Below are positions 11,101 through 19,401 of a stretch of 64,000 nucleotides of DNA, piece by piece. Location of the stretch: assembly GCA_049301315.1 (NCBI GenBank), contig JBAQKU010000373.1, forward strand, positions 3,787 to 67,786, given 5' to 3'. Position 1 is the first letter of the stretch. Each line of letters begins with the position of its first letter. The notes under the pieces are model-generated. The model saw only the letters and a program-made list of their open reading frames with translations, was not told the DNA's origin and did no database searches. A program made the position numbers and the translations under genes. Source of the stretch: Telluria sp. GTDB lineage: Bacteria > Pseudomonadota > Gammaproteobacteria > Burkholderiales > Burkholderiaceae_D.

Positions 11101-11301
11101 ACTGCCAAGGAACTCAAGTGAACCATCTTCTGGGGGCAGTATCAGCTGCACTTTCTCTAAATTCGATAGCAACGCTATCAACTCGGCAAAGGCAAAGAGA
11201 GAGAATGTAGGGGTAACACAGCCAAGTTGACTTCCGCGCTTAAGGTGCGGGCGAATCAGGTCAATGACGCGGTCGGTACCCGTGTTGTGGATGAGTTTCA
11301 T
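8107..11301 (-). CDS. SNF2-family helicase with an N-terminal ~190-aa extra domain
   Basis: 1064 aa. It has ADSVGLGKTFEALAI (motif I), VVIDESHNFRN (motif II), LSATPVNN (motif III) and C-terminal helicase motifs (ISEGQNLQD, HWNPVRIIQRFGRIDRIG). Confidence 0.85.
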   Translation of the reverse strand: MKLIHNTGTDRVIDLIRPHLKRGSQLGCVTPTFSLFAFAELIALLSNLEKVQLILPPEDGSLEFLGSDGDRAARNRLQTRWLALRCAQWVSDKVELRRALGNVPQGAAVLRNAQAKPEQVVLGSFAFSTDGLGLTPGNPLSLIQASESSDEAVQLAQWFDNQWVGLRSQPDTRAALIQTLQSIGEQRDPVSVYSLILHHVFRDSGDEMDEERIVKSATGIRNTEVWKKLFKFQRDGVVGAIDKLNRFGGCIIADSVGLGKTFEALAIIKYHELRNDRVLVLAPKRLRDNWTLYKSNDKRNVLAADRLNYDVLNHTDLSRDGGSSGDIDLSNVNWGNYDLVVIDESHNFRNKSTHKDKESRYDRLMRRIIQEGVKTRVLMLSATPVNNRLADLRNQIAFVTEGDDTALLDHGIASIEATTRKAQAQFNRWLSLGELDKTPAKLIEMLGFDYFTLLDHLTIARSRRHVEKYYGTSETGRFPVRLPPINIKADVDSAGKFRAIRDINQEIRRLNLASYAPLRYVLPHKQAAYDAKYSTRIRDGESFFRQSDREESLIHLLRINVLKRMESAVSSFTLTIQRQLKDVEATLAHIEAHVDGIEEIDIADVDIDDPAFETLLVGRKVKVLLGDVDLIRWKQDLAEDRDRLATLLMAAKQVDASRDAKLAALRAMIEEKCRYPINPGNRKIIVFTAFADTAQYLYAQLAPWAKSTLGIESALVTGSAGIQTTLPGLRKNMGSVLSAFAPRAKERPAELAEEGELDLLIATDCISEGQNLQDCDWLINYDIHWNPVRIIQRFGRIDRIGSLNNSIQLVNFWPNMELEEYINLEQRVSGRMVLLDISATGEENLIEQQSGNPMNDLEYRRKQLLKLQDTVIDLEDLSSGVSITDLTLTDFRIDLAQYLKAHPGKLDGLPLGAYAVTTSSDADIPPGVIFCLRAEGATAQKIGETGYPLAPYYLVHVGDDGSVLLPYTQTKRILDRLKRLAMGRDLPDAAAANRFDKVTKNGEDMRHAQKLLASAVASVVGKNEERAVASLFSTGGTHAMKGEFAGSNDFEVVAFLVVLGEDGA

Positions 11302-11303
11302 TT

Positions 11304-11534
11304 TTACTTGCCACTGTCCGTCGGGTTGGCGCTGCCGTCACTTTGCGCCATGGATGTTTGCCGTGCGATCCATCCGTCGATGTCTGCACGCAAAAAGCGC
11401 CACATCCCGCCAACCTTGAAGGCCGGGATCTTCTTGGCCGCAGCCAGTCTGTAGATCGTCCGCTCTGTGACTTTTAGGTAGTCCGCGACCTGCTTAATAG
11501 TGAGGATCTCGCCCTCGCTGGTACTTGTTGGCAT
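11304..11534 (-). CDS. Small helix-turn-helix protein, excisionase/MerR-like DNA-binding family
   Basis: I use the internal ATG at 11534 (MPTSTSEGEILTIKQVADYLKVTERTIYRLAAAKKIPAFKVGGMWRF...). The 5' part of the 172-aa track ORF looks non-coding. The stop is 2 nt from the SNF2 ATG. Confidence 0.6.
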   Translation of the reverse strand: MPTSTSEGEILTIKQVADYLKVTERTIYRLAAAKKIPAFKVGGMWRFLRADIDGWIARQTSMAQSDGSANPTDSGK

Positions 11535-12175
11535 TGTGATGGTTGGATTAGGGCAAACAACGACAGAATAGTACAAAATTTTCAATCCAGCAACGACCAC
11601 TGGCAAAATTCGGTAGCTGCATTCTCCGATTATCCGCCATGTTGTTTTGACGTACTTCGGGGCAAGCCAGCGCGCAAATTGGAGCGCGAAACCGCGAGGA
11701 CCTAGAGAACGCCACGGGTTACTGAAAGGCAGGGCGGAGACTTTTGATCCGGCGTAGGCGCGGCGGAGCCATATACCGGCATGGACGCCGTGCAGGTGAA
11801 AGCCACAAGCCGGATCGCACACACCATAAGCGCAAACCGCGCCAAAGAGGCGGCATACCTCCTTTGAGCTTCAAATGACTTGAGCCTGTCGAAATGGGTC
11901 CCGTGAAGAATCTGGGATCGACCGTTGTCGTAAACGTCTTTTACAACCTGGCCCAGGGTCTGTGGGTTGCTAACGAATGCCGGAATGCGCCGTTCGCTGA
12001 GCGCCGGGTTTCCCTGTCCACGCGGCCCTTAGGCCGAATCGAGGCGGCTTCGACACCTTGCTGGAGCAGCAAGTACCAGGGCTCCCCGCCACATCCTTGC
12101 CACAGGCTCAAAAATGTCGGCGCGGAGAATGGCGGATTTCTGCGGGTTATAGCGGACAGCTCTATGTGGCAAAAG

Positions 12176-12198
12176 CGGCCCCGAAGGGCCGCTTTTTG
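12176..12198. terminator. Bidirectional rho-independent terminator
   Basis: GCGGCCC-CGAA-GGGCCGC is followed by TTTTT on the plus strand and preceded by AAAA, which gives a T-run on the minus strand. It lies ~40 nt beyond the CCA end of the tRNA-Pro fragment. Confidence 0.6.
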
Positions 12199-12234
12199 TG
12201 AACCATTTAGCAGCTAAGTGATTGATTTCTCAAT

Positions 12235-12284
12235 GGTCGGAGTGACAGGATTTGAACCTGCGACCCCTTGCACCCCATGCAAAT
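12235..12284 (-). pseudogene. Truncated tRNA-Pro(GGG), 3' ~50 nt only (att-type repeat)
   Basis: The minus strand reads TTTGC-ATGGGGT-GCAAG GGGTC GCAGG-TTCAAAT-CCTGT CACTCCGA CCA. That gives an anticodon arm (GGG), T arm, 3' acceptor and CCA. No matching 5' acceptor or D arm lies upstream. Confidence 0.7.
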
Positions 12285-12307
12285 AAAAATCCCGCTAGAT
12301 CAGCGAC

Positions 12308-13543
12308 TTAGGTAAGGCTTGCCACAGACTCGCCACAGCTTTCCCGTGACACCCTGCTCAAGACCCCCTCGTCTATGTTCTCGCCATCGTCGAGGAGATG
12401 TCCATAGACATTCAATGTGGTCTCGATGTTCTTGTGCCCCATGAGTTTTTGCAGCTTCTTGAGGTTGGTCTTCTTCTCGATGTGGTACGAGGCGAAAAAG
12501 TGCCGCAGGTCGTACGGACGGTACTTTGGAACCGTTACCGTGCCTCCCTTTTTGTCCGTTATTTTGTTTCCGTTTTCGTCGATCTTTTCGACCATGAGCC
12601 CGGCTTTCTCGCAGGCGATATCGAAACCCCGCCGTTGCCAGTTGCGTCGGCACTGCCAAGAGCCGTTTCTATCGGGGAAGATGAGGTCATAGTCATTTTT
12701 TGATGCGATCTTCTCTGCATAGTGACGGACCAGCGACATCGTTCCCGGACTGAGATCGATGTGCCTACGGCCCGTAGGTGTTTTGGTTACGGAAATCTTG
12801 CTTCCATCCCCCTCAATGGCCCTTTCGACCCGGATGCCGTTTTCTGTCAGGGCTGACTTGGCTGCGGCCAAATACTCCTGCGGCCTCATGCCGGAATCCA
12901 CCGCCAGGTAGAGCATCGGGCGATAACGTTGCCACGGAACGGCGATTGTTTGATTGGAGACGCCACTGAGTTCATCTGCGGCACGAAGAAGTGCTTGAAT
13001 GTCGGCCATGCTCGGAATGACAACCGGCGTGTCGTAGCGGGAGTCGCTTCTCACGCTAATGCCAGCCGCGCAGTTGATTGGAATATGACCTCGCACGGTC
13101 ATTTCCTTCATCATGGACTGAAATGAGAACAGCACCTTTCCCGCGAGGTCGCGACTTAGGTCGCTGCGCAGTAGCCAGGAGCGGAACTCGACGACATCGG
13201 GAGCGGCCAGCTCTTGAAGATTTTTTGTCCAGAGATAGGCCTTGATGAACGAGGCGCGATATTTGTAGTTCTCCAAGGTGTAGTCGGTTACCGGCTCGCG
13301 ACCATTGAGCCCTTCTACTTCACAGATATCGAGCCACTGGCTCACGGCGGTCTTGACGGGAAGGCCGTGCTTCGGGTCCGTCCCGCCCTCGTCTTGGACG
13401 CCGCAGCTTTCCCGAAAGCTGCGCGCCTCTTTGGCCGTTCTGAAAGTCTTATAGGAATACCCAGTGCGCGCGGCCTTGTTGGCGTATCGCACCTGATACG
13501 TCGTTGTGCCATTTTTGGCCGTGCGCTTTCTGATATCGGACAT
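12308..13543 (-). CDS. int: Tyrosine site-specific integrase
   Basis: 411 aa. The C-terminal catalytic region has RPYDLRHFFAS and LMGHKNIETTLNVYGHL (R..HxxR..Y pattern). The gene ends 23 nt from the tRNA-Pro fragment. Confidence 0.9.
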   Translation of the reverse strand: MSDIRKRTAKNGTTTYQVRYANKAARTGYSYKTFRTAKEARSFRESCGVQDEGGTDPKHGLPVKTAVSQWLDICEVEGLNGREPVTDYTLENYKYRASFIKAYLWTKNLQELAAPDVVEFRSWLLRSDLSRDLAGKVLFSFQSMMKEMTVRGHIPINCAAGISVRSDSRYDTPVVIPSMADIQALLRAADELSGVSNQTIAVPWQRYRPMLYLAVDSGMRPQEYLAAAKSALTENGIRVERAIEGDGSKISVTKTPTGRRHIDLSPGTMSLVRHYAEKIASKNDYDLIFPDRNGSWQCRRNWQRRGFDIACEKAGLMVEKIDENGNKITDKKGGTVTVPKYRPYDLRHFFASYHIEKKTNLKKLQKLMGHKNIETTLNVYGHLLDDGENIDEGVLSRVSRESCGESVASLT

Positions 13544-13560
13544 GATTCTGAATACACCGC

Positions 13561-13833
13561 TCAGGGGCTCGGATCAAGACCATTTTGCAAAGAATTCGGT
13601 TTTATATGAGCATTGTTTAATGCGTTGACCTGACACCGGTTGTAGATGGCCAGAAGGGTGTTTTTCTCGATCTTGAGGCGCTTGTCGATAGGGTCAACGA
13701 AGAACGGCAGCTTGCGCTTTCCGTGCGCGTCGGGATCTGCTGCGCGTTTGATCTGACGAGCCGTGAGATGGATGCCGATTTCAGCGAGGGCCTTGCGGGC
13801 TCCTTCAATCCCAATGTATGTCGGTGTACTCAT
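13561..13833 (-). CDS. Small hypothetical protein upstream of integrase (possible regulator/RDF)
   Basis: 90-aa ORF 18 nt upstream of int on the same strand. I recognise no motif. Confidence 0.4.
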   Translation of the reverse strand: MSTPTYIGIEGARKALAEIGIHLTARQIKRAADPDAHGKRKLPFFVDPIDKRLKIEKNTLLAIYNRCQVNALNNAHIKPNSLQNGLDPSP

Positions 13834-13877
13834 GATGGCGCTCAGTCATCCTCCCTTCCCGTGGGTTACCTGCGTCG

Positions 13878-14114
13878 CTATAGCTTCAAATCGTCAGCAG
13901 CACTGCGATATGGACCATCGCTGAATACTTTGGTGACTACCCTTCCGTCCCGTCGCAGCAAGACGGGTTCTCCGAATTCGTTTATGGGGTTGAAGTAGAG
14001 GGTCGCGCCCTGGCTGTAACCGAGGGCAAAGCTGTTTTCCAGCTCGTGCAATTTCTCAAAAAGCGCCTGCCGGAGCTGGTCCATGGTCAGCGCGCCACGA
14101 ATAGTGATCTGCAT
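13878..14114 (-). CDS. Hypothetical protein
   Basis: 78-aa ORF on the same strand as the two genes downstream. No recognisable motif. Confidence 0.3.
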   Translation of the reverse strand: MQITIRGALTMDQLRQALFEKLHELENSFALGYSQGATLYFNPINEFGEPVLLRRDGRVVTKVFSDGPYRSAADDLKL

Positions 14115-14458
14115 GTTGAGTGTCCCCCTCCCGCGCTTCGAGTCATATTTCCATGTTAAAAGGCGAAGGTTGACGATGCGTTAATTTTCTCCACCGCAAG
14201 TTGTTACTCGGAAAGATTTTTCGCATCATGATCCATTTGAGTCCGCCGCAATCCGGGCGAGTGGAATGCGCGAGGAATTTATCGCGCGCTATGCCTCCTA
14301 CAGTGAATACATCCGTATGGTGCAATCCCGCGAGGAATCTGGGAGGCGTTTGCAATGCGTTCATCGGTAGAGTGGATTCATGGCAACTCCAGGAGAAATC
14401 ACATGACATCGCCCTATCCATCGACGCGGAATTTTGGCCGCTGCACGACGGGCTAATC

Positions 14459-14797
14459 ATGGACGATCACGCCCTGCCCTTGCCTTGCAAACGGGGCCTG
14501 TCGAAAGAACAGGCGGCGGACTATCTCGGGATCGGCGTTACGCTTCTGAGCGAACTGGACATTCCCTCTATCAAACTGGGCCGACGCTGCATCTATGATC
14601 GGCTTGACCTGGACATATGGCTCGACGATACTAAGAAGCGAGGGCGGGCCGGAAAGGAAACTTTATGGCCCAACAGAGTGGTGTCTACCGAAGGCCCGAT
14701 TCAAGGCACTGGTGGATTAGTACAACCCTTCCAGACGGCAGGCGCATACGCCAAAGCTCTGGGACTGAAATCCTCGAAGACGCGCAAGCGCTCTTAG
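14459..14797 (+). CDS. AlpA/excisionase-like HTH protein
   Basis: I use the internal ATG at 14459 ([55 protein letters not shown]). Its tail overlaps the integrase start in another frame, so the 3' end is uncertain. Confidence 0.5.
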   Translation: MDDHALPLPCKRGLSKEQAADYLGIGVTLLSELDIPSIKLGRRCIYDRLDLDIWLDDTKKRGRAGKETLWPNRVVSTEGPIQGTGGLVQPFQTAGAYAKALGLKSSKTRKRS

Positions 14798-15735
14798 CCA
14801 AGCTTACCCTTGACGCCTACAGAGCAACGCACTTCGGGATCAAGCCCAAGCGCAGTTGGCAGGAGGCTGTCGTTCGGTATCTCGCAGTCAAAGCTTCGCT
14901 GAGAAGTTATCGCGATCTACAGCGGATTTGTCGGATGCTGGATGTGTATTTGGGTGCCATGACGCTTGATCAGATGAACGGTGACGTGATCTGGTCGATT
15001 GTTCAACGGGAACTCAAACGCGGCAACAAACCAGCCACGGTAAATCGCTATCTGGCGCTCATTCGCAATTTATTGCGGATGGCGCGGGACGAATGGCAGT
15101 GGATTGATAACTTTCCGATGATTCGCCTGTTGCCGGGCGAGGTCGAGCGGGACCGCTGGCTCACGCGAGAGGAAGCGGACACACTGATTAACGTTTGTCC
15201 GCCGCATCTCGCCGCACTGGTACGGTTTGCTTTATCGACCGGATGCCGGGCCGGAGAGATTACGGGTCTGGAATGGGATCGTGTGGATTTGGACAGGCAT
15301 ACCGCCTGGCTCAATCGCACGAAGAATGGCACGTCGCGAGGGGTGCCGTTGAATTTGGATGCAGTTGCAGTATTGCAGGAACAGGTGGGAAACCATCCGC
15401 TGGCCTGTTTCACCTATCGCGGCGCGCCGATTCGTTGGGATGTTACCAATACGGCCTGGCACAATGCGACGCGCAAGGCAGGCTTAACGGATGTTCGCTT
15501 TCATGATCTGCGCCATACATGGGCGTCCTGGCATCGGCAAGCTGGGACGAGCTGTGACGAGTTGAAAGACTTGGGCGGCTGGAAGTCACGCAACATGGTG
15601 GATCGGTACGCAAAGTTTGCAACCGACAACCTTTCAGTTGCTGCGGCGCGGATTGAGCAAGCAAAGCAGGTGGATAACGTGATTCGGCTGTCACGTTTGC
15701 GTCACGTTCAGGAAACAAAAAAGGCCAGCACCTAA
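14665..15735 (+). CDS. int: Tyrosine site-specific integrase (phage-type)
   Basis: 356 aa. It has [30 protein letters not shown] and [16 protein letters not shown] (R..HxxR..Y). The gene ends 20 nt from the CCA end of the tRNA-Asn fragment. Confidence 0.9.
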   Translation: MAQQSGVYRRPDSRHWWISTTLPDGRRIRQSSGTEILEDAQALLAKLTLDAYRATHFGIKPKRSWQEAVVRYLAVKASLRSYRDLQRICRMLDVYLGAMTLDQMNGDVIWSIVQRELKRGNKPATVNRYLALIRNLLRMARDEWQWIDNFPMIRLLPGEVERDRWLTREEADTLINVCPPHLAALVRFALSTGCRAGEITGLEWDRVDLDRHTAWLNRTKNGTSRGVPLNLDAVAVLQEQVGNHPLACFTYRGAPIRWDVTNTAWHNATRKAGLTDVRFHDLRHTWASWHRQAGTSCDELKDLGGWKSRNMVDRYAKFATDNLSVAAARIEQAKQVDNVIRLSRLRHVQETKKAST

Positions 15736-15755
15736 GCGCTAGCCCTTATGTATTC

Positions 15756-15805
15756 TGGCTCCCCGACCTGGACTCGAACCAGGGACCTGCGGATTAACAG
15801 TCCAG
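15756..15805 (-). pseudogene. Truncated tRNA-Asn(GTT), 3' ~48 nt only (att-type repeat)
   Basis: The minus strand reads GGACTGTTAATCCGCAGGTCCCTGGTTCGAGTCCAGGTCGGGGAGCCA. This is nearly the E. coli tRNA-Asn 3' half, with a GTT anticodon loop, T arm and CCA. The 5' acceptor and D arm are absent. Confidence 0.75.
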
Positions 15806-16963
15806 CTGAAAAACCTTAAAAATCAAAATGATAGGCGATTTTTTTGTTCCGCTATTTAGTCGGCCTCATCAGAAAAATTGTGGGGCGTGGCGCAAAGCTG
15901 TGACTTCTTTGCGGAACGATACTGATGAAAGAGCCACCTTGGTCTTCTGGCCCTCCTCCAAGTGGCGTCCAGAGGCCAATGTCCACGATGTGCGGACCAC
16001 ATGAGACGGGGATTCGAACCCCTGATAGGTTATGAACCTACGGCTGGGGGGATTGCAGGGGCTACGGAGGGGCACGCCTCCCTATGAGAGCATCCCCACC
16101 ACTCCCCTGAAATCCCCTCAAAAATCCCCGCAATAATCCCAAAAAACCCAAAGTGGATTTCCGACAAGCGAACAGAGGTGGATGCAGCCGTCGCTTACGG
16201 CCCTTGGATGCTACGCGCGATTGGCGTGCATCAAGCGTCTGCTATGGCCAGGCAGATACCTTGTGAACTCCACTTGGAGCACACATGCAAGCAATATCCT
16301 CAACCCGCCCGAATCTCGCCAGCGCGCTGGTAGTTGACAATGGGCTCTCGCTCAATCATTTTTTTGGGAGACGCACGGCGGCCTTGTTCATGCATGCTAA
16401 TGGAATCAACTTTCGAGTAATTGTGCGCGTTCTGGCTGAACCCAAAAGTCGGCGCAATCACACCAAGTTCAACTAGCGTGCCCGTCGACCATCCGTTCCC
16501 GGTCCCAGCCAAAGCCACACTTAGCCACGCGATGATGCACGCGGCCGCAACCGCATAGCTGCAGGAATGTTGTCAGCAGCGGTTGTAAACTGACACAGGC
16601 ATCGATTGAAAACTGATACACCGATTTGAGAGGATGGTCGCTTCGCGGAGCGGCCTTAAAACCCAAAGAGGTGTACGTGGAAATTCAACTACTGAAGACA
16701 CGGGTTAAGCCTGCGGCAGATCGCCGCCGAGGTGGGCTGCGCGGTGAACAGGCAAACTAGGGGCGCGCACCACGAAAGTGCATCGAACACGTCGGCATCA
16801 AATACAGTGACGATACTGCATGGCAATAACTTGTCAGGTGTCAACGTAAGCATGCGTCGGTAGGCGTAGGCTGCTTTTGTAGGTTTCCTGCCGACACGGT
16901 CGCTGCACAGTGCTCGGATGAGTCCGAGGAAGATCGGGAAACGGAGAGATAGCACGCTAAGCT

Positions 16964-18379
16964 ATGGAGCTTTCGATGGGTTATGGTACAACCGATACGT
17001 GGCGCGTTTGGAGTGATCTCAGGCGCAAAGAAGATGATCTGAAATGGTGCGGACACCGGCCCGGCTCTGAGCAGCACTATGACAGCATGGGACGTGCCGC
17101 ACACGCCGCTTCCCATCTGTGCGGCTGGGGGAACGAGCAGATGGGGCGCGTGGACCGTGTGCGCCAAGCGTTAGCTGAGTCGGGACCGTCGGCGCAACAC
17201 ATGATTGCCCGAAGGCTTTCCGGCATCAACCTGTCAACGATCTGGCACATCCTCATTTCAGTGTGCGAGGATATCGCCCTGTATTACGGCGGATCGGTGG
17301 TCGCGGGCGGGCTGATCGGGGGATTCGGCGGGGCGTTCCTTGGCGGCGTTGGTGCGGTGCCAGGCGCGGCGGCCGGCGCGGCGGTCGGCAGCTATGTCGG
17401 CGGCGCGGTGTTGTCGATGCTGGGCTTGAAGTCGCTGGTCCTGGGCGTGGTCCAGTCCGTCCCCGAAGCATTGGATTACTACAAAAAAGGATTTCTCGAA
17501 GCGTGGGGGCCGACCCGGCAGGATCGCCTGCAGGGTTTCGGCATGACCGCACGAGGCAGCCCATCTTCGGCGGCGTTTTACCTGGCCCATGGCCACGTCA
17601 TCATGGTCACAACCATCCTTGCCGTGCTGCTGGCTTACGTTACCCGAGGGAAGGGCGACAAGGCGGCGCTGCTGAAGGAAATCGAACAGAGTCCGCGCCT
17701 GGGACCGAAAGTAGCGAAATGGGTCGAGCAAAACGAAGAAAAGCTACGCCATCACCCCGCGCTTCAATGGCGTGGCTCAGGAGGGGCCGGAGCACTGCCC
17801 CGTGAAGAGCCGCCCCTGCCGAGCCGCAGAGCCAGGCGGGAGCCAGAGCGCTCAAGGCCCAGTGGGATGCCGAAGAAGACGGTGCCGTGCTTCAAAACCA
17901 AGAGCTTACCTCAAGGCAGTGTGCCGGAGTTTGACCGCCAGCTCACCGGACAGGAGACGGGCATCAACAATATGACGGTTGATGAGTACCTCAACGGACG
18001 CGAGGCGTTTGAGTCAGAGAAATCGACGCGCAGTTCAAGCATTGCACGAAATGCGAGAGCTTCCTATGAAGGAAAAATGACTTTCGCTGTGGCGAAAAAA
18101 CTTCAAGAAGAAGGATTATCCTTGATAGAAGCTGACAAGAAAGCCGAACAGATAGCCGCTGAGAAAATGAAGACATTAGCGGCGCTGCATATCCCCGATA
18201 TGATTGCTGGCGGCAAGGATGTGATTGGCGACTTTGGGGATAGGAATATAAATTCGCGCATCGGAGCGCAATGGAATAAGGGAGGGCGATTGGCCGAACT
18301 CGATAAGGCTGCGAACGCTCTCCCACAAGCCATCCGCGCGATTACGAAGATGAACGTGAAGCTTGAACGGTGTAAATAA
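16964..18379 (+). CDS. Polymorphic toxin, Ntox15/Tde-like C-terminal DNase domain with glycine-zipper region (start uncertain)
   Basis: 471-aa ORF. It has a Gly-zipper stretch, GGLIGGFGGAFLGGVGAVPGAAAGAAVGSYVGG. The C-terminus has LAALHIPDMIAGGKDVIGDFGDRNINSRIGAQW with an HxxD motif, as in Agrobacterium Tde1/Tde2. Confidence 0.6.
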   Translation: MELSMGYGTTDTWRVWSDLRRKEDDLKWCGHRPGSEQHYDSMGRAAHAASHLCGWGNEQMGRVDRVRQALAESGPSAQHMIARRLSGINLSTIWHILISVCEDIALYYGGSVVAGGLIGGFGGAFLGGVGAVPGAAAGAAVGSYVGGAVLSMLGLKSLVLGVVQSVPEALDYYKKGFLEAWGPTRQDRLQGFGMTARGSPSSAAFYLAHGHVIMVTTILAVLLAYVTRGKGDKAALLKEIEQSPRLGPKVAKWVEQNEEKLRHHPALQWRGSGGAGALPREEPPLPSRRARREPERSRPSGMPKKTVPCFKTKSLPQGSVPEFDRQLTGQETGINNMTVDEYLNGREAFESEKSTRSSSIARNARASYEGKMTFAVAKKLQEEGLSLIEADKKAEQIAAEKMKTLAALHIPDMIAGGKDVIGDFGDRNINSRIGAQWNKGGRLAELDKAANALPQAIRAITKMNVKLERCK

Positions 18380-18388
18380 GGGAAAATC

Positions 18389-19006
18389 ATGGATGAAAAT
18401 TTCGCGTATTTTATAGAGAAGTTGGGTCCGGCCTTCGACAAGCGCGACGTTCCGCGGTCGAGCATCGAACGCTACCGTGGCAAGCTGCCGGATCAATTGT
18501 TGGCGTATTGGGAAGAATATGGTTGGTGCGGCTATGGAGACGGCCTGTTCTGGACCGTTAACCCCCAGGAGTACGAGCCAGCGTTAGAGGCATGGATCGG
18601 TGATACGCAATTCATGGAGCAGGATGCGTATCATATTATCGCAAGAAGCGCATTTGGAGATTTATATTTTTTCGGAGAAAAAACTGGCAGCAATCTTCAG
18701 ATTGTTGCTGCTGACGCAAATGCAATTGCCGATAGCTATAGGACATCAGATCTGAATAGGAACGTGAAGGTATTCTTTAGCGCCCTTAACAAAGCAGGTT
18801 GTGATCATAGTGATGTTGATGGCGTCAAACTTTTCGCTCGCGCATTAAAAAAATTGGGCCGACAAAAGCATGATGAAATATATGGTTTCGTGCCCGCACT
18901 AGCTCTCGGCGGCCCCGCCACGCTGGATCACTTGCAAAGAGTCAAAGCTGTAGAGCATTTAGTCCTACTTGCCCAGCTCGCGCCATTGAACGTGATTTCC
19001 GTCTAG
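18389..19006 (+). CDS. Cognate immunity protein, GAD-like + DUF1851-type (Tdi-like)
   Basis: 205 aa, starting 10 nt after the toxin stop. Strings such as LPDQLLAYWEEYGWCGYGDGLFWTVNP and AFGDLYFF are typical of GAD-like/DUF1851 immunity proteins as I remember them. Confidence 0.6.
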   Translation: MDENFAYFIEKLGPAFDKRDVPRSSIERYRGKLPDQLLAYWEEYGWCGYGDGLFWTVNPQEYEPALEAWIGDTQFMEQDAYHIIARSAFGDLYFFGEKTGSNLQIVAADANAIADSYRTSDLNRNVKVFFSALNKAGCDHSDVDGVKLFARALKKLGRQKHDEIYGFVPALALGGPATLDHLQRVKAVEHLVLLAQLAPLNVISV

Positions 19007-19401
19007 AAGTACGTCGGCACCGTCAAGAACCAGAGGCACTGCTCCCCTCACGTTCCGTCTTGGCCTGCCCCCGCGACCTGTTGTTGTCGTAGCCGTTCAC
19101 ACCCCGACCGGAATTGCTGGCAGTGCTGGCACCGCAAGACCGCGGCGAGCTGCGGCAATGAACAATTTTCGGACCAATTGGGGGCCGATTTGAAACGAAA
19201 ACGACGTGCACACGCGCCTGTATTGAGATTGTGACGAACGAAATAGGTCCGAGGCAGTGTTCCTACCTACGCAGCTAATAGGCGGCCACTCTCCAGGAAC
19301 CTGCGCGCGCTTTGAGCACGCGCAACACTATTCAAAATAGCCGGCGGGCGACCGTGGCCCATGCTGGATAATTGACATGGAGATCTTGCGGAGGCGCGGC
19401 C

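Noticed and set aside
11535-11822. N-terminal 96 codons of the 172-aa track ORF (and likewise 14201-14458 of the 198-aa ORF and 44805-45017 upstream of hsdR)
   Set aside because: The composition is odd (Cys/Trp/Arg-rich) and no motif is present. Internal ATGs give proteins of canonical size and sequence, so I treat these as 5' read-through of open frames.
11894-12217. 107-aa plus-strand ORF ending at the strong terminator
   Set aside because: The composition is implausible and there is no start context. The terminator is better explained as the native tRNA-Pro terminator.
15985-16075. Possible tRNA-Met/Ile(CAT) gene or fragment on the minus strand
   Set aside because: The anticodon arm (TTCATAA loop) and GGGGTTCGAATCCCC look tRNA-like. 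However, only 6 nt separate them where about 10 are needed. The T stem has an A-G mismatch. No D arm, 5' acceptor or CCA is present. I report it only as part of a structured element.
16285-16476. 63-aa plus-strand ORF in the gene-poor 15.8-16.96 kb stretch
   Set aside because: No RBS or motif is recognisable, and it overlaps an equally long minus-strand ORF. The evidence is insufficient.
16671-16760. Frameshifted HTH-like peptide (EIQLLK / GLSLRQIAAEVGCAVNR) reminiscent of an IS transposase or regulator N-terminus
   Set aside because: Only about 30 codons are split over two frames with a stop between them. That is too short to call a pseudogene, and there are no IS ends.
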